From Tubulanus polymorphus (Eukaryota > Animalia > Nemertea): a stretch of 64,000 nucleotides of DNA. Positions 27,855-37,279 of the stretch are shown here, piece after piece. Each line of letters starts with the position of its first letter. The stretch's first letter is position 1. The notes beneath the pieces are model-generated. The model searched no databases, was not told the DNA's origin, and saw only the letters and a program-made list of their open reading frames with translations. The position numbers and the translations under genes are program-made. Where the stretch lies: NCBI RefSeq assembly GCF_964204645.1, contig NC_134028.1, positions 24,610,345 to 24,674,344 of the forward strand. The letters run 5' to 3'.

Positions 27855-28685
27855 AGATATGATTTTATGTTAAATCTACAAGCAATTATCTAACGTAGGT
27901 TAAATGTTGACTATTAAAGTTTTTTTTAATGTCTAATCAAGTTTTTGAGTCAAAAGAATATTCATGTATATTCAAATCATGATTAAGTATTTTAGTGGGT
28001 GCATATTTTAATAATCCCATATGATGAAACGTTTGGTATTGAATAAATTTAGACAGGCTTTAAAGACTTAAGATTAAATTTTAATCTAATTTTTTTGGTC
28101 GATCATGATCTCGGGTGAGGAAGAGTCCATTGCTGAAGTAAGGAGTCCTTAAGTCACATATTGGGTTAGATTTGTATCGATGGTCCGACAGACGTGCGCC
28201 CCACAAGACTCGCTGCGATGCAATCTGTGCGTGTACTGTATATGAAAAGCGTGCCTCATGTGGTGGCCTAGTTAAAAGTTTTCCAGGAAACTGCATCCGA
28301 TTCAACTGCCAGGGTTTGTAAATGATTCACGGACCGGCCGTGAAAAGCAGTGAATTTAATAGAAGGGCAGTGAAATGGGGGTGTTATTAAAACTACACAC
28401 TACTAAAACTAAGACCTATGCACTTAGAGGTGTAAGAACTATGCTTGACTAAAACGAAGTCCGATGAGCTATTGCACTCATTAGAAATCATCACTAGGGG
28501 TGCCATCTATCTGTGTATTCAACCACCTCTGCTAATAAGTGTAAGCAATACCAGATATAAACAAATGCATGTGAAACGTAAATTGGTCGGTTTTCTCTGG
28601 TGCATATAGTCATTTTATTTAGTAGTGCTTCGTTATACAAATAGTATCACTTGTTGCTTAACGAATGACAAATTTTAAAATCATA

Positions 28686-30292
28686 TTTATTCTCATACAA
28701 CAATTATACAAAATGCCAGGATTGCTCGAGGCAACGTAAGCTCCTCAAACACGTGGACTTTCAAAAAACAACTAGTCCAACCACCATAGGCGTATAAACT
28801 ATAAATGAATGTTTATACGCCCCTTGGTCCAAACATAGACTCTAAAACAAAAAAGTCTATGGCACAACCATGGACTCAATTGTCCATGGCCCCCGCACTA
28901 AAACCAGAGATAAACCTGGCCAAATACTCTGGAAAGCGTAGGATTAATCACTCTGATTTACATTCTTTACATCATTTTATTTTCACATATCAAATTATTA
29001 ACTTTAAGCTTATTTTCTCAAATTTTAATAGCAATTTTATTTCTATTACTATGTATGAAATTGTACTAACTTTAAAATCACAAAAGTTACATGCAAGGTA
29101 TTTATAAGTCTTTATATATGATACATTTCCACAACAGCCGATTCATACAATTTGCATCAATGGGAATATAACAAAAATACACAAAGAGTTGTAAACTTTG
29201 ATCCATAAAACACCGAAAAAAGGACTAGTCTGAAAGTCTAAGATTATGAATTGTCTAGATTATGAATTTGACAATTCATGAGGTCAATATAACCGACACT
29301 TTGTTATATTTCATAAAATATGAATCTACCATCATCAACTTTTCAAATGACATTGAGATTGAGGACATCTTAATTAACATTAAACCTACAAATTCACTCA
29401 CTCTGGAAAGCGTAAGGTTAACTAATTAATCTTAATTATTACAAGGAAACTAAAAACATTGCCAAATTTTCCTCGTCTTTAAGAGATTTCTTCAAACATT
29501 ATATTATCAACTACTTTTTCACAAATTTTACATTTGAAACAAAGCAGGGTCTGATTTAAGCACTAGTCCGAAGTATATTTTCATTAGGGCATGAAGGTTA
29601 TCATAATCACTCATCCACCGGGCTTGTGTAATTCTGTCTCAAAGCTTTTATCCCACTCGATGCAAGGGATTATTGTGTCACAATCGCACTATTCATGTAG
29701 AGCAAGTTGATTTTTGAGGGGGCAAGTGATATTACATATATGCTTGCCCCAAGGTCAAGTGGCATTTATTCCTCAGATCAAACCCTGCAAACTATTATAA
29801 AGGTTTTTCTTCGTGATAATTTAAGATAAATCAAGTATTTTCAAATAAATATGGTTTGATTGACGAAGCTGCGCTAACTTCTTAATTGTTTTATTCAACT
29901 TGATAGTAGATATAAATACAACTCTATATAAAGATCAGAAATTCTTCTTGTCCAGATATTACAGGCCCCGCACAGACGCGGTTAAACTGATAATCAAAAC
30001 AAAGCTAGGACAATTATTCTATGCTCTCGCTATTTTCGACAGGGCCTTGAATAGATCAGTATTTTATGAACCACTGAAAAGCACCAAAGTGAAATTTTTG
30101 CTATAGAACTTAACAACTGAAAAGTTTTAACATGAATGATGAAAATGTACATCGTTTTATTCACGCAACAATAATATCTTAACCGAGGAATCGTCATGCA
30201 AGTTCCTAATTTACAAACACGCGGACTGTGTTACAATAACAATCTCCAACATAAAAGCATTAAAACTAAGAGATGAGAAACTCAGATTCACT
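28686..30292 (-). ncRNA. Array of four structured non-coding modules (28686-28928, ~28976-29402, 29890-30116, 30156-30292), each a 3' splice site + stem-loops + AATAAA
   Basis: Acceptor context GATTAAT...TTCCAG|AGT is repeated in three modules (TTTTCAG in the fourth). Multiple perfect hairpins, closing stems and terminal AATAAA; no ORF. Confidence 0.45.
29545..29787. mobile_element. hAT-like MITE (CAGGG...CCCTG termini)
   Basis: cagggtctgattt / agatcaaaccctg termini; internal ggggcaag...cttgcccc inverted repeat. TSD not recognisable. Confidence 0.55.
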
Positions 30293-30604
30293 CTGGAACT
30301 CTTAGTATCAATTAATCATTACTTTCACTAGAAAACTAGAATTTTGCTTACTTTGCCTTGTCTTAAAGATTTCCAAACACCTTGACATTACATACTAAGT
30401 ATTCTGACGTTTTTCCTGGCAGCTTCATCATAACTATACAATCGGTAACTAATCAATAACGTCGATAACTTAAGTATATAGCTGTTTTAAATTCTTTCTA
30501 AAAAGTAAAATGTATGTACCAGATTTTAGATAGCGAGTCTTACCCATGTATAACAATAAACAGTCACAGCAGTGATTGAGCGCGGCTAGTTGAAAGGACG
30601 GGTC

Positions 30605-30752
30605 GATCTTTCATCACAGTTATTCAAAGCATTCTATCATATCAGATATCTTTTTAAATGTTTTTTCGATTTAGTAAAGGTTTATGGTTATTTGTTTTGT
30701 TCATTACAATAACTGAGTTGATAGAATGCTTTGAATAACAACAGAAAAGATC
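30605..30752. repeat. Inverted repeat / probable MITE
   Basis: Perfect 21-bp arms gttattcaaagcattctatca (30619-30639) and tgatagaatgctttgaataac (30719-30739), extended imperfectly to gatcttt/aaagatc. Confidence 0.8.
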
Positions 30753-32459
30753 TCGGGTTTTCGCTATACTTAGGGAAGGTTGTTCGATAGATGAAGAACC
30801 TTGTTGATAAATATTTGAAAAAATGCCTTTTCATGTAAATAGAATATTAATTTGTTTTTTGTTTGTATTGTTGTTTATTCTATTTATTATTTATTGGTTT
30901 TTTTTAGAATTAATTTATGTACTTGTAGTTTGTAGTTATTTATCATTCATACTTCTCTATTTACAACTGCAGGCATTTTTTCACTGTAAAGTTCTGGGCC
31001 CATTTTAAGAAAGCACTACTGATTCACTGCCACTCCTTAATAATCATTATACACCCGATTGGAAGCTAAATGATTATTCACGAGAGCCATCTCGTGATAT
31101 GGATTTACCCATTACAATAAAAGAAGTTCAAACAGCTATAAACAATGTTAAAACGTTAAAAATTAGTCTTAGCTATAACTTTATGCCTAGTTATTCCTAG
31201 ATTTACCTCTCGAATGTAAATAATGGTCTCCTTTCAGATAAAGGTTAAGTTTTCAAGTACGTAGATATGATCATCAGATTGATGAAGGTTTAAATCGAAA
31301 TCTACGATTCGTTTCAAATTTTTCAAATTGGTTACCTTCGAAAATATCAATGCCATCAAATTTGTACATCTACTATTCAGCAAATAGTTAATATTTGTAC
31401 GTCAACACTGGTCTAATGTTATGTTCTATGTTTCCTAACTATGTGATATCTACACGGACAAATAGCCACAGTTGACTATGTTTAACTATGGTAAGTTGAA
31501 AGATTAAACTCACAATTCATATTGAAACTATATCTCAGTTTAGGAGTTAACTCAACAAGACCTACGAGTCAAAACTAGGCACTCAACACGACCATTTACC
31601 CCTAGTGACTAACTTAACTTGACTTATCTATCAACCATGGATCGAAGACCAATATCTTGAATTAATGGAGCTTAGCTTTTATTAGACTCTCACATTGCAT
31701 AAACATTATCAAATAGTTTCCTTGAAAACACTATATTATCCATCAGACTGGTTTGAAAAAGGTGATAAGCAAAAAAATCAATACTTTACTACAGAAGTCT
31801 GCTATTGTCTTCGCCGCTCCTGGATTTCAGTGTTTATAACATGCACTATTATCTATGCTGCTCCTAATAAGATACACTATAGTCTTTGCTTCTTTTAAAG
31901 CAGTGTTTATTCTGAATCGGTGTTTATGAGATTCCATTAGCTTTGTCGCTTGAATCAGTGGTTTATAAGATTCACTATTGTCTCTGCTGCTCCTGATATT
32001 TAATGTTTTATAGAAATAAACCACCGATTGTAGAAGAATCCATCATTGAGTGATTAATCCGTTGCTGGATCCTCAACTTTTCATCTGGGCTTCTGCAGTT
32101 TTCATCAGCAAATGGGTCGATCAGTATTCATCTACTTGTGAGTGTCTTCTTCAGGCCAATTTTTCCGAGATGTAGTTTGGCTGAAACAAAGTGAAGAAAG
32201 CAAAACATTTCAGACAGATTTATCATAATTTACGTGTCATTTCAAATTACAAGCCACCCTGTTTTTCACAAAGTAAAATTCATTGACGTCAATTGCTGAT
32301 TTAAACCCCAATAATTAATTGCAGTAGTAGGACTAGTTCATCACTGTTTAAGACTAGTGAAGATAAAAGTTCAGCAATGTGGACCGGTAAATAGACTTTG
32401 ATGATAGCCACTTATTAAATGATATTCATATGAGGACTGAAATTTCTATATACAGGTAA

Positions 32460-33420
32460 TTTCATGTATATCAACTTACCTTTAAAGATTGCTGGGTTCA
32501 GTTCTGGTCTTTTCTGTGCACCGTTCCAGTTTGTAGATTTTGGATTGGTTGATGCAATTGGTTGATGCATTTGATTCAAGCTTGGATTGTTCAGTGGGCT
32601 GAGCTTATCTGTAGATATTTGATGAGTCATTGATTTAAAGCTGGGCAGTTTCATATAGATAGGATTTAGCTGAAATGAGCAAACAAAGATATGCTGTAAT
32701 GACAAAATATTTCATTTAGAATTTATCGAAATAATTCCATGTATATCCAGTTACCTTTTATGCTTGGGTCGTTATCGGCGATTATCTTATTAGTTTGTTA
32801 GTTAGTTGGCCTCATCTGTGCACTGTTCCAGTTGGTCGATTTGGACAAGTAGTTGATCTCAAGCTGGGTTTTTTCTTATAGTTGAAATTCAGCTGCAATG
32901 ATTAAAAGAAGATATCCTGTAATGACAAAATATTTCATTTAGAATTTATCGAAATAATTCCATGTATATCAAGTTACCTTTTATGATTGCTTGGTTATCG
33001 GCGATTATCCTTTTAGTTAGTTAGTTAGTTAGTTGGCCTCATCTATTCGCTGTTCCAGTTGGTCGTTTTTGGACGAGTAGTTGATCTCAAACTGGGTTTT
33101 TCTCATAGTTGAAATTTAGCTGCAATGATTAAAAGAAGATATCCCGTAATGACAAAATTTTTCATTTAGAATTTATCGAAATAATTTCATGTATATCAAG
33201 TTACCTTTAATGATTGCTTGGTTCGTAATCGGCGTGGATCATCTTAAGTTTGTTTGTTGATAAGTTGGATTCTTGTTGGCCTCATCTGTGCGCTGTTACA
33301 GTTGGTCGATTTTTGACGAGTAGTTGATCTCAAACTGGGTTTTTCTCATAGTTGAAATTTAGCTGCAATGATTAAAAGAAGATATCCCGTAATGACAAAA
33401 TATTTCATTTAGAATTTATA
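32460..33420. repeat. Tandem exon+intron duplication, ~225-245-bp unit, 4 copies (fifth related end at ~33880-33975)
   Basis: Repeated gtaatgacaaaatatttcatttagaatttatcgaaataattccatgtatatc.agttacctt and gctgcaatgattaaaagaagatatcc blocks. Confidence 0.95.
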
Positions 33421-34565
33421 ATAATTTCCATAAATAATATACCTAGAATAGCCTACTCGGTTATATTCGTAACACCGAACAAATTATAAGCGAACATACG
33501 ATTCCTAGAAGAGTTTCCATCCGATTGAACTTTTATATATTTCAATTCCAAGTATGCAAATTCACATGTATGAAAACGTGCCATTACTTAGTGCTAAAAA
33601 GCAGGGTTTTTACGTGTTTTTCAAGAATAAGTCCCCTAAAAATAACTTGATCACTATGAAATTTTTGTGGGCTCGAGAATTCATTATAAGCCAAACCATG
33701 ACACCAAAAATCAACACTATTGGTTCAACAGCCAATGTTTATGCCTTGTTGACACACCGGTACTCTATTCATTTAAAATGAAAACTGCTTCTCCAGCCCA
33801 TTTGCATAGGCAAACCTACAGTTCGCCAAAAATCAACTTACATTTCAAGTTTGCTGGGTTCAGTTTATCAAATATCAAATTACCTTTTATGATGGCTGGG
33901 TTCATTATCGGAGGATCTCCTTAGTTGGTTGGTTGAGTTTCATCCAAATTGGCCCCTTCTGTGCACTGTTCTGATGAGCTCTCGTTTGACTTTTTGAGTT
34001 GGTGTCCCTTACGATCGTGACACACCTGCCAGGAGCGAAACAGGCAGGAATCGAAGTACAGATATAGTTGTGTGATCGTCGGTCGATTTTTCATCATTTT
34101 TTTCGACAATTTTACAATATTTGGTCTTTTTTTCATACAAGTAGTCCGAAAGTTTACAAGGTTAATAATTTTGTCTAATTTATACATTTCTTTGGTCTTT
34201 TTTTTCATGTAGTCCGAAAGTTTACAAGGATGAAGATAATTTTGTCTAATATTTTTTTCGAAATCAAAGTACAGATATAGTTGCGTGATCGTCAGTCGAT
34301 TTTACATCATTTTTTTCGGAATCGAAGTACTTCTTTGTCTTCTTGGGTTTCGTCGAAGCTGAAATTGAGTAAAAGAAAAACATTTTGTAGTCACACATTT
34401 CTACATCATTAATCCTAATTTATATGTGAATCAACTTAACTTTCAAGATTGCGGAGTTCACTATTCTTTTTTCGGCATCTTCTGTAGTCGCTTTCTACCA
34501 TCGTCTTCTTCAACTTCTTGGGAGTCCTGAAATGAAAAAAAGAGAAGAGCGATGAAAACCTGGTA

Positions 34566-34800
34566 CGGAACAAAACAATGTTCGAAAGCTTTTCAGCTCT
34601 CCGTTGCCGGTCACATGCCGAGAACACCAGACAATGAGCCAGCCAGGAATATACTGCCCTCTACACGCCCTCACACAGAACGCGAAAACCAGAATGACAA
34701 CGCCTCACATTCCCCATCTAACCGCAAGGTGTACTGGGCGACGTCAGTAACTGACAAACCTGTAAGATTGCACGAAACACAAATAGCGCAGTACAACCAG
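34566..34800 (+). mobile_element. Degenerate LINE 3'-end fragment (RTE/L2-like ORF2 C-terminus)
   Basis: Translates in part to QLSVAGHMPRTPDNEPAR, resembling the post-RT R-x-L-x-[WF]-x-GH-x-x-R motif. Inverted partner at 35110-35341. Confidence 0.6.
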
Positions 34801-34828
34801 CTTGACCGGGTTGAGATTCAGGATCTCA

Positions 34829-35105
34829 ACTAGCACTCAAAAGCGTGACAAGAGACTTCATCCACTGACCGAGGTTGTCACAAGGACACAATGAAACTAG
34901 CACTCACAAGCCGACAAGAGACTTCATCCACTGACCGGGGTTGTCACAAGGACACAATGAAAACTAGCACTCAAACTAGAAATCAAAGAGCGTGACAGTA
35001 GAATCATCCCTCAGTCGACTCAGAATACCAGAAACAAAGAGCGTGACAGTAGAATCATCCCTCATCCGGGCGGTCACAATGACACAATGAATGCTAGTAG
35101 CGTGA
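34829..35105. repeat. Short tandem repeats (~67-bp and ~52-bp units) between the two LINE fragments
   Basis: actagcactca...gacaagagacttcatccactgaccg.ggttgtcacaaggacacaatgaa x2; caaagagcgtgacagtagaatcatccctca x2. Confidence 0.85.
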
Positions 35106-35109
35106 CAAT

Positions 35110-35341
35110 CCAGTATAACCACTCCATTTGTATCCCGCGCAATCCCACAGATATGCCCGTCATTGACATCACTCAGCACACTTTGTAGATAGGTGGAGGC
35201 AATGAGGCCTCGTCATCCTGTTATTCTTGTTCCATATGAGAGCGTGTAGAGGGCAGAATTTCCTGACCGACTCTTTGTCTGACATCCTCGACACGTGACC
35301 GGCGAAGGAGAGCTGACGCTTTCGGACATTAGTTTTGTTCC
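35110..35341 (-). mobile_element. Degenerate LINE 3'-end fragment, inverted relative to 34566-34800
   Basis: Translates to VRKRQLSFAGHVSRMSDKESVRK and aligns colinearly with the + copy. Confidence 0.65.
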
Positions 35342-35811
35342 AGCAAACGTTAAAATTCGACAGAGAAATCGGCCCTGAAAAATAAAACGGTTTAATTGCT
35401 GAAAAATAGAACGGATTAATAAACACGGAACAGTACAGGACAGCACGGAGACGAACAGTAACACATAAAACATAAAGACGTCGTTCCTCAGGAAGCAGGA
35501 ACAGGAGCGGGAGCGCAGCGAAAATCGCCAGGAGGAGAATCCACGGTAGCATGTTCACAGTGTGAGTGTGCAGAGGTGAATGGCCTATGCTTGTGTACAC
35601 CGTAGTCAGCCGGTGACGTATTCAATGGCGCGTATGATTATGAATGATATCAACAACTCTGAAAAGCCGCAATTGTGTCTCTATTGTTGAATGGATTATT
35701 GAGAGCTTATAGAAGTTGAATGAAAAGGTTCTACTGCCCGGTTGAATACACGCCAGTAGCCAGCTGAACAATATCGTGGAACTTTAATAAGGCCATAAAA
35801 ATAAATTTCTA

Positions 35812-36155
35812 ACCATGGATATAGTTAATCTTAAGTTACTATAAAACAATAATTTTGAAGCGAGACCTCACACGGCAGCTCGCGCCATTTTGCAGAGCTT
35901 CTCTGGACCTGTGGTGACAGGTCTGCATTATTAAACTGATGAAATGAAGGAAAACTTTAATTTTTTTGGTCTCATTATAGTAATGAGTATAACATCAATT
36001 GCTTACCATAGATAGATTAAATCTTAAGTTACTATAAAACAATAATTTTGAAGCGAGACCTCAGCTCACACGGCGGCTCGCGCCATTTTGCAGAATTTCT
36101 CGCGACCTGTGGTGACAGGTCTGCATTAAAACTGATATAAATAGAAAAAAAACTT
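35812..36155. promoter_or_regulatory. Tandemly duplicated ~145-bp element containing a YY1-like motif, in the divergent lncRNA/ACSM interval
   Basis: 35812-35957 and 36005-36155 are near-identical. Each has cgccatttt (AAAATGGCG on -) and the palindromic gacctgtggtgacaggtc. Confidence 0.45.
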
Positions 36156-37279
36156 CTTGCTTTAAATTTTGCTTTAAATTGATGAGTTGATTTAAAATCA
36201 GTCTCAATAAAATCAGTCTCTATATTGCATTCGGCTCCTTTATACATGTACATCATAAAAACAATGAATATAAATACACTGATACTGATACTGATAAATA
36301 GTGAGACTTCAGGACAGTGAGGAGTGATGCCGGCGAACTGTGGATAGTGAGCAGATATTTTTCAGTGTCTTATTGCGGAAACGAAATATCAAGACCTCGA
36401 TTCAGCTATCGAAAATTTTCCCTTACTTCTACATTAATTAAGTCATCTATGCCTGAAACTTATTTTTTTCCTTTAATACAGAAATAACTCATTTTACACA
36501 TAAATATTTTCTTCTTATAAATCAACCTTTCAAATGAATTATTAGTCAGAACATTTTCTTTATCGTTATTGTTGAATCATTTTCGATATTTACGACGGAT
36601 CAGAATATTCATTCAACTCAAAATGTTCTTCCATTCGTCTAGCACATGCCTAGATATTTCGCCGTTTCGTGAAATATTGTTGTGAGTTTGGGTTTTTCGG
36701 GACCTGACATGACAGGTAAGACCTGTGTAGACAGACATCATTCGCAAATTCTGAACGATGCTGACGCTCGAAGCTAGGTTATTTCCGGGTTCCTGAATGT
36801 GATTTATGGGTTTGTGAAGTTTTTCTCCGGCTGGTAGAACGAATATCCAGGGGCTGAGTGGTTTAATGTGTTCGTGAAGCAACATAATCTAAGGTCTACC
36901 GGCTCACTTCTGAAAAGTAGGAGTGTCAACTGCTGATTGATTGATGACTCGACATTTCTTCTTCTCGACTTTTCCGTTTACTAACTAGTTTAGGAGAGAG
37001 TAATTAAATGAGCCTTCTAATTGGAGTAATTCTTCTTCATTTGTTGACTTCTAATTTAAGCCTCCTGACCTGTGTCGTGTATTTACCTGTTTTTCGGATA
37101 TTGTGCTTATATGATATTCAAGTCCAAGACCTTTTCACGCAAAATATCCTTATAAGGACAGTTAACGGACAACTAAATGTACACTAAAGTTGTTGCCTAA
37201 AATGACCTAGAAATTGAGATAAAAAATCCATGTTCAAATTCAATTTACTGTCAACATTTTATCTTTCAATCTGATTCAG

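Larger units (their letters stand above)
31900..35600 (-). ncRNA. Putative spliced lncRNA (or decayed gene); predicted exons include 34441-34526, 33884-34358, 33205-33362, 32978-33119, 32755-32892, 32480-32669 and one starting at 32181
   Basis: Strong polypyrimidine-CAG acceptors and AAAG|GTAA donors with ~82-85-nt introns. Exons 32755-32892 and 32978-33119 have stops in all three frames. TSS not determined. Confidence 0.55.

Noticed and set aside
28163-28170. CTAACCC (-) as a telomerase RNA template
   Set aside because: Only 7 nt, and no recognisable pseudoknot or H/ACA domain; expected by chance.
28924-28932. ATACTCTGG resembling the U5 snRNA 5' end
   Set aside because: No GCCUUUUAC loop 1 or Sm site follows; better explained as the reverse complement of a splice acceptor.
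31278-31310. Hammerhead-like ttgatgaag...cgaaa
   Set aside because: The core starts with U instead of C, stem II has no loop and stem I does not pair.
32893-32977. Repeated 85-nt introns as mirtrons or snoRNA carriers
   Set aside because: Intron ends do not base-pair well and no C/D or H/ACA box arrangement is visible.
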